Source: an uncultured bacterium
GTDB taxonomy: Bacteria > Patescibacteriota > Minisyncoccia > UBA6257 > 2-01-FULL-56-20
Assembly (NCBI GenBank): GCA_963725235.1
Contig: CAVRXN010000001.1
Span: 1 to 38,040 of the forward strand
Direction: 5' to 3'
DNA: 38,040 bases
The notes below the pieces were generated by a model. That model was given only the letters and a program-made list of their open reading frames with translations. It had not been told where the DNA came from and made no database searches. Positions 7,938 through 16,747 of the stretch are shown one piece after another. Each line of letters opens with the position of its first letter. Positions within the stretch are counted from its first letter, which is position 1. The translations under genes were made by a program, and so were the position numbers.

Positions 7938-9441
7938 TTGATATGTTGGGCCGCTGGACAAATTAACTCAAATAGTGTAGGATATGCCAGTTCATTGAAG
8001 GGGCGCATTTCGGGAATACGAGCTTCTAGCAGAAGCCGTTTTTTATTTTTATATAAAAGATATATCAACCATACATCAAGCCATCCTTTGCATAAACAGA
8101 GCGCAAAAAAGATACTCAACGCTTTAGAGGTCGTCATTTTGCTCGCCATATTGTGCTCGCTTATCGTCCTTTTCACCTTCAACTGGCATGCGGCGCTCGT
8201 CCTCATCATTAGCATAGTCACCATTCTTTATTTCCTAGACCTGATATTTAATCTGGCCATTATTTCAAAAGCTCTATCGTTCCTACGGAGATAACAGTTT
8301 CGAAAGAAGAAATCGCTGCAAGAAAATCCTGGCCTAGCTACACCATCTTTGCCCCCTCTATAAAGAAGCGCAGGTATTGCCCCAATTTATTGAGGCAATG
8401 AACAATTTGGATTATCCGAAGAACAAGCTTGAGATATTGCTTATTTTGGAAGAAGACGATGAGGAGACAATCGACGTGGCGCGGACAATGAACCTGCCCG
8501 ATTCATTCAGGACTATCGTCGTCCCACATTCGCTGCCGAAAACAAAGCCAAAAGCGTGCAATCACGCATTGATGCATACAACCGGAACTTATGCCGTCAT
8601 CTTCGATGCCGAAGATATCCCCGCGCCGGATCAGCTCAAGAAAGCGGTCGTGGCATTCGAGAAAACGGATGAGAAAACGATCTGTCTACAGGCAAAATTG
8701 AATTATTATAATCCGCATCAGAATTTGCTGACGCGACTTTTTACATTGGAGTATTCTCTTTGGTTTGAAGTGATATTGACGGGTTTGCAATCATTCAATG
8801 GGCCGATCCCACTCGGCGGCACCTCCAATCATTTCAGGGCGAAATATCTCCACGAACTGAAGGGTGGGATCCATTCAACGTTACCGAAGATGCCGACCTC
8901 GGCATGAGGATTTCGAAAGGGCGGCTACAAGACTGCCATTATTGATTCCGTAACGATGGAAGAGGCGAATAGCCAGCTGAAAAATTGGTTCAAGCAGCGG
9001 TCTCGGTGGATCAAGGGATACATGCAAACCTATCTTGTCCATATGCAGACCGCGTCGGATTTCTCATTTTCGGATTTTGCCATGTTCCAAGTCGTCGTCG
9101 GCGGGAAAATCGTGTCGGCTCTCATCAATCCGTTCATGTGGCTTATGACCATAGCATTTTTCGCGTCCCGCGCAACTTTCGGTGGATTCATCGGTTCACT
9201 CTATGTTGGCCCAATCCTTTACATTGGAGGATTCACACTCATCATCGGCAATTTTATCTACGCATATATTTTAATGATCGGCGTTGCGGAGCGGAAACAA
9301 TGGAGTTTGGTGAAGTACGGATTACTGTCGCCATTTTATTGGCTGATTATCAGTTTCGCCGCATACTACGGTTTGCGCGGAGCTATTGGTACGTCCGTTC
9401 CATTGGAACAAAACACAACATGGCCTGCATTTCAAAACTAA
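7938..9441 (+). pseudogene. membrane-embedded processive GT2 synthase (BcsA/PgaC/IcaA-type, COG1215-like) broken by four frame changes
   Basis: Track ORFs 7938-, 8377- and 8956-9441 are one gene. The segments 8267-8356 and 8865-8921 are read from other registers. Reconstructed: ..IISK/SSIVPTEITVSKEEIAARKSWPSYTIFAP/LYKEAQVLPQFIEAMNNLDYP..IFDAEDIP..QAKLNYYN..GGTSNHFR..LKG/WDPFNVTEDADLGMRISKG/GYKTAIIDSVTMEEA..QRSRWIKG, plus C-terminal TM helices. Motifs DxD, TED and QxxRW are present. Shifts lie at the A-run 8267-8270, the C5 run 8352-8356, the G-run near 8864, and an extra base near 8922. The N-terminal start is unresolved. Confidence 0.75.
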
Positions 9442-9453
9442 GCCGATATCGAC

Positions 9454-12400
9454 ATGATATCAGAAGCAAAAAAACAATTGATCGATAAGAAGATCAAAAT
9501 ATTGTCCATCGTCGCTCTGGTCGCGGCGAGCATCGTCACGTGGTGGTTCTCGTATCGAACATGGCTTGGTGACCACCTACAACGACGCGATGTCACATTT
9601 GAATATCGCGCGATCCGTGGTCGATGGCAAGCAGCCGGGCCTCGCGCAGCTTGGCAGTGTTTGGTTGCCCCTCAATCATATCTTGAGCTGACGCTGATTT
9701 GGAACAACTGGGCGTGGCACTCCGGTTTTGCAGGTAGTTTTTTCTCAATGCTCGCCTATATCTTTTCCGCGATAGGAGTTTATAAGATAGTGAAAGAACT
9801 GACGAATAATTCATGGGCTTCCTTTCTCGGAGGATTGGTCTTCGCCCTGAATCCGAATATCCTTTATCTACAAACAACCCCGCTTACCGAACCGCTGTAT
9901 CTAGTGCTTGTTATCACTTCGATTTTCTTTTTGGTGAGATTCATGAAGACTGACAATCTCAAATACCTTCTCATTTCAGGTGTATTTGGTTTCCTGCAAG
10001 TGCTCGCTCGATATGATGGCTGGTTCGTGGTGTTCGTCGAGGGGCTGGTCATTATTTATCATCTGTGGTTTGCGAAAAAGGCTTCGCTGCAGGAAACAAT
10101 TGCGAAGTTTATGCTTTTCGCGATGCCCGTCATATTCGCGGCGGCATTATGGTTGGTATGGAACGCCTTGATTTTCGGAAGCCCTCTCTATTTCTTGCTC
10201 GGCCCCTATTCCGCGCACGCCCAACAAGCCACTATCCAAAGTGCCAGTGGTCTCATCACTAAGGGTAGTTGGCATTTCTCGCTGCTGGCTTTTTGGTACG
10301 CCGCCGTAGCGAACGTAGGACTCTTCGCAATTATACTGGCCGTCATCGGAACCGCCGCGTTCTTTTTTATAAAAAATAAAGACGCGAATTTCACGATGAA
10401 GCTCCTCGTTTTCATCCTGCTTATATCTCCAATCCTGTTCAACATCATCGCTCTCTATTTGGGTTTTTCCATATTAAATCTTCCGCAGTTGCATTGGAAT
10501 CCCTCACAAACGGCTGCGGGCCAATGGTTCAATGTCCGTTATGGAATCATGGCGCTCCCGCTCGTCGCCGTGTTCATTGGCCTCCTCGCTGATCTCCTCA
10601 AGAAAAAGATGTTTATCGTGCTTCTTGCGGTTCTCGTCGTCGCGCAATCATTCTTGATCTATCATCAAGGCCTCATCACCATCACCGACGGAACCATCGG
10701 TTCGAGCGCGTTCGTGGACAATGATGTCGCGCAGGTGCTACAAGACAATGTCCAGCCCGGGCAAAATGTCCTGATCTCCCTCTCGTTCTTCAATGCGGTG
10801 ATTTTCAAGAGCAATCTCCCGCTCGATGATTTCATTTACGAAGGCGTGAGCAACGAGTGGGATGCGGCCTTGGCGCAACCGCAGAAATACGCTACATGGC
10901 TTGTAATGGCGAACGGCAACGTGGGAGATCCCCTCTATACACAATTTCATGAAAATCAAGACGATGCGTTCCTCAAGAATTATAAACTTTTCTTTGCCGG
11001 TGCCAACGCGAATATTTATGAGCTCAGAAATACAGACGAGCTTTTTGTTTATGCCAATGGAACGGGCCTCACGCTAGGAGGAAGCGACCAGCCGTTTGTC
11101 GTAAAAGGCGTCAATTCGTACGATCTGGCTTATAAATCGGAAGACGCTATCGATGCCACATTAAAGAATTTGAGCAGCATCGGCGTGAATACGGTGCGTT
11201 TTTGGATGTTTGGGGACGGCAATTCCAACGGATTCCAACCGGCGGCGGGCATTATGAACGAGACGAGGTTCGAGAACGCCGATTATCTTATCGCCGACGC
11301 AAAGAAATATAACATCCGTCTCATCCCGGTTCTCGTGAATAATTGGACCGATTACGGAGGGGAACAGCAGTATCTGAAATGGGTCGGCCAAAACCCGAGC
11401 AACCAGGACGCCTTCTATACCAATCCGCAGGCCATCGCGCTTTTCGAAAATTACATCAATCATGTCATCACGCGGAAAAACACGATAACCGGCATAGCCT
11501 ACAACGACGATCCGACGATCATGGCGTGGGAAGTCGTAAACGAGCCGCGCTGGTCGGCTGACGACACCGGAGCGTTTGAGCAATGGTTTTCCACGATTGC
11601 CAATTACATCAGGCAGAAGGATTCCAATCACATTATTACCATGGAAACCGATACGACCTCCTTAAATCAAAACGGGACTTTTGCGGTCAATGACCTCTGC
11701 GCCACTTTATCCGTCGATTTGTGCACCGCCCATCTTTATCTTTACGATGGCAACGGAAATCTCATGTATGCCACACCGAATGAAATCACGAGCAATGTAC
11801 AGCAATATCTCAAGGACGCCGATGCGGATGGCAAGCCTTTTATTATGGGTGAAGTCGGAATTTCGAAAACAACTTCGCCATTCGGAGAGGCACCGCTCAC
11901 GATGCTAAAAAATATCGTGGATACCAATAGTAGTAGTTCAGGGATATTGATTTGGAACTGGTCTGATACCCCAGACGCTTCTTATGGTTTTTCACCGGAT
12001 GGCACGAACGGGCAATACACCCTCGCGGATTTGAGCAATGTGCTTGGGGGGATAGAACCGTCCACCGTTTATCTTGTACCGGAAAATTCAAACGAAGGAG
12101 GTTATGATGTCAGCGTTCCGGGAATGGGGCCAACCACAACCTCGACCATAGCGACGAGCAGCGATGAGACCGCGCCACTGTCCGTAGCCACTGCGACAAC
12201 CATTGCCATCACTCCCACGATAACGGCGACTACGACAATCGTTCTTCCGACGGTTACTTCTGAGGCGACGAAGACCGCAACAGTGGCTCCAGTGCCCACC
12301 GAACTTTCACTCCCATATTCGACAAGTGATTTTAATGCGGCTGATTGGGGAGATGGATGGGGCGCTTCGGGTGTAACGAACGGCGTCTTGACCGTCGGTT

Positions 12401-12873
12401 CAAATGCGCAAAACACGAGCGGTGGCATATTCTTGAACGACTCGAATTCTTGGCAGGATTATCTCATTACGGCGAACATCGACTGGGTCAAGGGAGAATT
12501 GTTTACCCTGATTGCGCGGCGAAGCGACAGCAATAATTATCTTGAATGCGTGTTCTCGTACAACGATAATGTATCCGAACATGTCGATATCAATCGGGTA
12601 TGGAACAACCAGAGCGAATCCATGGCCGAGGAGGGAACTATGTCAAATAATGAAAGCAATCCTATTTCAACCAATGATATGGAAGTTTCCATGCAGGTGC
12701 ATGGGAATGTAGTCGAATGCGGTATCAACAATGCCATGATTACCAACAACATCAGCATTGGCATGCCACCCATATTATTGAGCGGTGGCATTGGTTTCAG
12801 TACGTGGGATCCACAGGAAAACAATAGTGAGATCATCGTAAAAAATCTCTCTGTCACATATCCGCAATCATGA
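9454..12873 (+). CDS. tripartite protein: GT-C (PMT/ArnT-like, about 12 TM) + GH5 mannanase-like domain + Thr-rich linker + ConA/LamG-like C-terminal domain
   Basis: The N-terminal roughly 530 aa is polytopic membrane. The GH5 signatures are GVNTVRFWMFGDG, NNWTDYGG, IMAWEVVNEPR (acid/base Glu) and PFIMGEVG (nucleophile Glu). The linker is TTTSTIATSS..TPTITATTTIVLPTVTSEATKTATVAP. The C-terminal domain ends GGIGFSTWDPQENNSEIIVKNL. Codons about 40-78 appear to be read out of register (see findings). Confidence 0.8.
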   Translation: MISEAKKQLIDKKIKILSIVALVAASIVTWWFSYRTWLGDHLQRRDVTFEYRAIRGRWQAAGPRAAWQCLVAPQSYLELTLIWNNWAWHSGFAGSFFSMLAYIFSAIGVYKIVKELTNNSWASFLGGLVFALNPNILYLQTTPLTEPLYLVLVITSIFFLVRFMKTDNLKYLLISGVFGFLQVLARYDGWFVVFVEGLVIIYHLWFAKKASLQETIAKFMLFAMPVIFAAALWLVWNALIFGSPLYFLLGPYSAHAQQATIQSASGLITKGSWHFSLLAFWYAAVANVGLFAIILAVIGTAAFFFIKNKDANFTMKLLVFILLISPILFNIIALYLGFSILNLPQLHWNPSQTAAGQWFNVRYGIMALPLVAVFIGLLADLLKKKMFIVLLAVLVVAQSFLIYHQGLITITDGTIGSSAFVDNDVAQVLQDNVQPGQNVLISLSFFNAVIFKSNLPLDDFIYEGVSNEWDAALAQPQKYATWLVMANGNVGDPLYTQFHENQDDAFLKNYKLFFAGANANIYELRNTDELFVYANGTGLTLGGSDQPFVVKGVNSYDLAYKSEDAIDATLKNLSSIGVNTVRFWMFGDGNSNGFQPAAGIMNETRFENADYLIADAKKYNIRLIPVLVNNWTDYGGEQQYLKWVGQNPSNQDAFYTNPQAIALFENYINHVITRKNTITGIAYNDDPTIMAWEVVNEPRWSADDTGAFEQWFSTIANYIRQKDSNHIITMETDTTSLNQNGTFAVNDLCATLSVDLCTAHLYLYDGNGNLMYATPNEITSNVQQYLKDADADGKPFIMGEVGISKTTSPFGEAPLTMLKNIVDTNSSSSGILIWNWSDTPDASYGFSPDGTNGQYTLADLSNVLGGIEPSTVYLVPENSNEGGYDVSVPGMGPTTTSTIATSSDETAPLSVATATTIAITPTITATTTIVLPTVTSEATKTATVAPVPTELSLPYSTSDFNAADWGDGWGASGVTNGVLTVGSNAQNTSGGIFLNDSNSWQDYLITANIDWVKGELFTLIARRSDSNNYLECVFSYNDNVSEHVDINRVWNNQSESMAEEGTMSNNESNPISTNDMEVSMQVHGNVVECGINNAMITNNISIGMPPILLSGGIGFSTWDPQENNSEIIVKNLSVTYPQS

Positions 12874-13625
12874 GCAATCCATATCTTTCAATCGTCGTCC
12901 CAGCCTACAACGAAGCGGAGCGCATTCCTACTGCTTTGCTCGATATGGACAAGCACTTGCGGGCCGTCGATTTTTCATACGAAATAATCGTCGTCAATGA
13001 CGGGTCGAGCGACAAGACCGTTGAAGTCGTCCGTGGCTTCATAGGCCGCGTTCAAAATCTCAAGATTTTAGATCTCGGCAAGAATCAGGGCAAGGGCGCT
13101 GCCGTTCGTGCCGGTATGCTCGATGCGAGGGGAGCCATCCGCATTTTCACTGATGCCGATAATTCAACATCCATCGATCAATTTGAAAAAATGATGCCGT
13201 TTTTTGAGAAAGGATATGACGTTGTTATTGGTTCACGCACTATTAAAGGAGCTATCCTTGAGCCAGCGGAACCATGGTATCGAAGAATCGCTGGAAGAGG
13301 ATTAAACCTCGTCGTGCAGATGCTTTTGCTTCCCGGCATTTGGGATACGCAATGCGGCTTCAAGGCGTTCACGGCTGAAGCTGCCGAGCGCATATTCTCG
13401 AATTCAAAAATCATCGGTTGGGGATTCGATGTCGAGGCGTTGTCGCTTGCAAGAATTATGGGATACCGCATTAAAGAGATTCCCGTACGTTGGGTAAATG
13501 ATGAACGTACCCATGTGACGTCTTCGGCGGGATTCAAATTCTTACGCGATGTCAGTAAGGTGCGATGGCGGCTATGGACAGGTAATTATCCCAAAACCAA
13601 TTATGAAAAAAGAAACGCACAGTAA
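12870..13625 (+). CDS. polyprenyl-phosphate glycosyltransferase (GT2; DPM1 / ALG5 / GtrB-like)
   Basis: LSIVVPAYNEAERI, YEIIVVNDGSSDKT, KNQGKGAAVRAG, FTDADNS, VVIGSR, DTQCGFKAF and WGFDVEAL. The start overlaps the upstream stop (ATGA). Confidence 0.85.
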   Translation: MSNPYLSIVVPAYNEAERIPTALLDMDKHLRAVDFSYEIIVVNDGSSDKTVEVVRGFIGRVQNLKILDLGKNQGKGAAVRAGMLDARGAIRIFTDADNSTSIDQFEKMMPFFEKGYDVVIGSRTIKGAILEPAEPWYRRIAGRGLNLVVQMLLLPGIWDTQCGFKAFTAEAAERIFSNSKIIGWGFDVEALSLARIMGYRIKEIPVRWVNDERTHVTSSAGFKFLRDVSKVRWRLWTGNYPKTNYEKRNAQ

Positions 13626-14088
13626 GAAGAAGATTGTGGTTGCCGTAAGCGGGGGATTCGATCCGATCCATGTCGGCCATGTCCGTATGTTCGAGCGAGC
13701 CAAGGCGATGGGCGACACGCTCATCGTGATTTTGAACAATGACAACTGGCTTCGTGCGAAAAAGCAGCATATTTTCATGCCGGAAGATCAGCGTAAGGAA
13801 GTCATAGAAGCGCTTCGCGTCGTGGATGAGGTGGTGCTCACGAAGCATGGCGTGAACCCGACAGATATGAGCGTGTGTGCCGAACTCGCCGAGATCAAGC
13901 CCGACATTTTTGCGAACGGTGGTGATCGAAAGCTAGACAATATTCCCGAAGTGCCGGTCTGCGAGGAGATCGGCTGTCAGATGATCTTCAATATGGGCGA
14001 CGGGGGAAAGGTACAGTCGAGTTCGTGGCTGCTCAAAAAATATGTGGAAGCCGTGACGGAGAAACATTCTCATAAAAATCGAGAGTAA
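13603..14088 (+). CDS. cytidylyltransferase-family nucleotidyltransferase (RfaE domain II / TagD-like)
   Basis: VAVSGGFDPIHVGHV (HxGH-type motif), GDTLIVILNNDNWL, RVVDEVV, KPDIFANGGDR and KVQSSSWLLKK. Track ORF trimmed to ATG 13603. Confidence 0.75.
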   Translation: MKKETHSKKKIVVAVSGGFDPIHVGHVRMFERAKAMGDTLIVILNNDNWLRAKKQHIFMPEDQRKEVIEALRVVDEVVLTKHGVNPTDMSVCAELAEIKPDIFANGGDRKLDNIPEVPVCEEIGCQMIFNMGDGGKVQSSSWLLKKYVEAVTEKHSHKNRE

Positions 14089-14092
14089 AATA

Positions 14093-15376
14093 ATGAAGAA
14101 AAATAAATCACAAGGAGTTGCTATTATTGGCCTTGGTTACGTCGGCTTGCCGTTGGCTCTTTTGGCTAGCCGCAAAGGATACAGCGTCATCGGCATCGAT
14201 TTAGATAAGCGGAAGGTTGCCGCTATTAACGCCAAGGAGTCGTTACTTAGCGATGCAGCGATTGCCAAGCAACTCAAAAAGTCATCACTCACAGCGACCG
14301 ACGATTTCGATGTCCTCGAAAATGTCGAAACGATCATCGTATGCGTTCCGACGCCGGTCGACGAAAAACACCATCCCGACCTTCGTGCCATAGAAGGAGC
14401 AAGTTCAGCAATTGCAAAAAATTTGAAACGCGGTCAACTTATCATACTCGAATCAACGGTGAATCCAGGCGTATGCGATGAGATTGTTATCCCAATCCTT
14501 GAAAAGTCCGGCCTCACGGCGGGAAAAGATTTTTATGTCGCGCATTGTCCGGAGCGCATCAATCCTGGCGACTCGAAGTGGAACGTGGAAAATATCCCGC
14601 GCGTCGTCGGGGGATTGAATAAGGAGAGCTTGAAGCGAGCGGCGAAGTTCTATCGTTCAATTATTAACGCTCCCGTAAAGGAGATGGGTTCACTCAAGGA
14701 AGCGGAAGCCGTAAAGATTGTCGAGAATTCGTTCCGCGATGTGAATATTGCATTCGTGAACGAACTCGCGATGTCATTCGCAAAGCTTGGCATCGATGTT
14801 GTGAACGTAATTGATGGCGCGGCGACCAAACCTTTCGCTTTTATGCCGCATTATCCAGGCGCGGGAGTTGGCGGCCACTGCATCCCGGTCGATCCGTATT
14901 ATTTGATCGACTACGCAAAAAAGAACGGCTTCCACCATGAATTGATGAAGATTTCTCGGCATGTGAATGAAGGGATGCCGCAGTTCACTGTGAAGATTTT
15001 AGAAAAAGCATTGAAGGCGAAAGGCAAGAAGCTCAAAGGATCGAAAATCGCCGTCCTTGGCATTTCATACAAGCCCAACGTGGGGGATTGCCGCGAGAGT
15101 CCGTCACTCAAGATCATTGGACTCTTGCAAAAGAAAGGCGTTATAGTCCATGCCTATGATCCCTATGTCCCTGAGAAATCCAATGTAGCGAATTTAAACG
15201 CGGCACTCTCCGGCGCAGATGCCGCGATCATCGCAACTGCGCATCGAGAATTCAGCACGTTGATGCCGAAAGATTTTCTCAAAAACAATGTTCCTATCGT
15301 GATCGACGGGAGAAATTGTTTACCGAAGGATAACTTCCGAAAAGCCGGAATGACCTATTGGGGCATCGGAAGATAA
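14093..15376 (+). CDS. NDP-sugar 6-dehydrogenase (UDP-glucose/GDP-mannose dehydrogenase family; resembles the UDP-N-acetylhexosamine branch WbpA/TviB/WecC)
   Basis: Rossmann N-terminus VAIIGLGYVGLPLA, the catalytic Cys motif GGHCIPVDPYYL, and the C-terminal UDP-binding domain ISYKPNVGDCRESP. Confidence 0.9.
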   Translation: MKKNKSQGVAIIGLGYVGLPLALLASRKGYSVIGIDLDKRKVAAINAKESLLSDAAIAKQLKKSSLTATDDFDVLENVETIIVCVPTPVDEKHHPDLRAIEGASSAIAKNLKRGQLIILESTVNPGVCDEIVIPILEKSGLTAGKDFYVAHCPERINPGDSKWNVENIPRVVGGLNKESLKRAAKFYRSIINAPVKEMGSLKEAEAVKIVENSFRDVNIAFVNELAMSFAKLGIDVVNVIDGAATKPFAFMPHYPGAGVGGHCIPVDPYYLIDYAKKNGFHHELMKISRHVNEGMPQFTVKILEKALKAKGKKLKGSKIAVLGISYKPNVGDCRESPSLKIIGLLQKKGVIVHAYDPYVPEKSNVANLNAALSGADAAIIATAHREFSTLMPKDFLKNNVPIVIDGRNCLPKDNFRKAGMTYWGIGR

Positions 15377-15400
15377 GACTTCACGATTGCAACTTATGAG

Positions 15401-16747
15401 ATGACCAACAAATCTGACCTTCGTCGATTCGCAGAGCTGGCAGTATTGATGGCGATACTCTTGGTTTTGCTAGGAAAGATATTTTTCGGACAGGAGAACG
15501 GACTGACTGCTTTATTTATCTATGGACTTTTGGTTACGTCGATCGTTTTGCTTACGTTCATTTGTGCATTTTTGTATTATGTAGACCCCTATGAAACGGC
15601 GGTTATTAAAGATGTCCCTGGGGGAAAGTATTTTGTGAGTTGTATGGTTGCCGTAAAAGACGAAGAAGAGAATATTGCGCGTTGCATTGATTCAATGCTC
15701 AATCAAACATATCAGAGGAAAGAGGTGATTGTTGTTAATGATGCAAGCACTGATGGTACGCTCGCGATTCTGAAAGAATATGAGCGAGCTGGAAAGATCA
15801 TCCTGATCGATCTCAAAGTAAATGGCGGCAAAAAGCGGGCATTATCGCGTGCTATGGAGATTGCCAAAGGCGATATTTTTGCCCACACCGATAGCGATTC
15901 CGTATGGGCTCCAGACGCTATTGAAAAAATTGAAAAGATATTCGAATCAGATCCAGATATCGGTGCTGTGAGCGGTCATGGCCGGGCGTTGAACGGCGAC
16001 CATAATTTTTTGACAAAAATTCAGGATTCTTGGATGGAGGGCCAATTTTCCATGCGAAAAGCTTTCGAAAGCGTGTTCAATTCAGTCACGTGCGTATCCG
16101 GTCCGCTCGCCGTTTTTAGGAAGGAAGCCATCTTTAACCTTATTCCGGCATGGGAGAATGATTATTTCTTGGGTCAAGAATTTAAGTTTGCCACCGATCG
16201 GACGATGACGGGATTTGTCTTGGGGCATAAAACCGTTAGCGATAAATTAAAGAAGAAACACAGCGATTCTCATTTCGTCAAGCTCGTGGATTATCCTGCG
16301 AGAGATTGGAAGGTGGTCTATTCGAAGGCGGCGCGTTCGTGGACAATCGTGCCCGATACATTTGCGCGTCTGATGAAGCAACAAGTAAGGTGGAAAAAAA
16401 GTTTTATCAGGAACGTTTTTTTCACTGGATTTTTCTATTGGAAAAAACCACTCCCCGTCGCTTTCGTTTATTATGCACATATTCTGTTCGTCGTATGCGG
16501 CCCATTCATCGTCATCCGTCATTTGATCTACCTGCCACTCCAGGGAGATTTCCTTGCCGCAGTCCTTTATATAGCGGGTATTTGTTTCATCGGCTATATG
16601 TTCGGTCTGGCGTATAAGTTGGAAAATCCCGATAGCGATCGTTGGATCTATCGTCCATTCATGAGCCTCATGTCCACGTTCGTATTCTCGTGGTTATTAT
16701 ACTATTCCGCCGCAACCATCAAAAAAATGACATGGCACCGAGGATAA
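15401..16747 (+). CDS. class I hyaluronan-synthase (HasA)-like processive GT2
   Basis: Collinear with my recollection of streptococcal HasA over the whole length. Matching blocks: VKDEEENIARCIDSMLNQTY..VIVVNDASTDGT, NGGKKRAL, HTDSDSVW, SGHGRALN, CVSGPLAVFRKEA, ATDRTMT (HasA has GDDRCLT), QQVRWKKSF (QxxRW), C-terminal TM helices, and ATIKKMTWHRG (HasA has TIKNTEWGTR). Confidence 0.8.
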   Translation: MTNKSDLRRFAELAVLMAILLVLLGKIFFGQENGLTALFIYGLLVTSIVLLTFICAFLYYVDPYETAVIKDVPGGKYFVSCMVAVKDEEENIARCIDSMLNQTYQRKEVIVVNDASTDGTLAILKEYERAGKIILIDLKVNGGKKRALSRAMEIAKGDIFAHTDSDSVWAPDAIEKIEKIFESDPDIGAVSGHGRALNGDHNFLTKIQDSWMEGQFSMRKAFESVFNSVTCVSGPLAVFRKEAIFNLIPAWENDYFLGQEFKFATDRTMTGFVLGHKTVSDKLKKKHSDSHFVKLVDYPARDWKVVYSKAARSWTIVPDTFARLMKQQVRWKKSFIRNVFFTGFFYWKKPLPVAFVYYAHILFVVCGPFIVIRHLIYLPLQGDFLAAVLYIAGICFIGYMFGLAYKLENPDSDRWIYRPFMSLMSTFVFSWLLYYSAATIKKMTWHRG

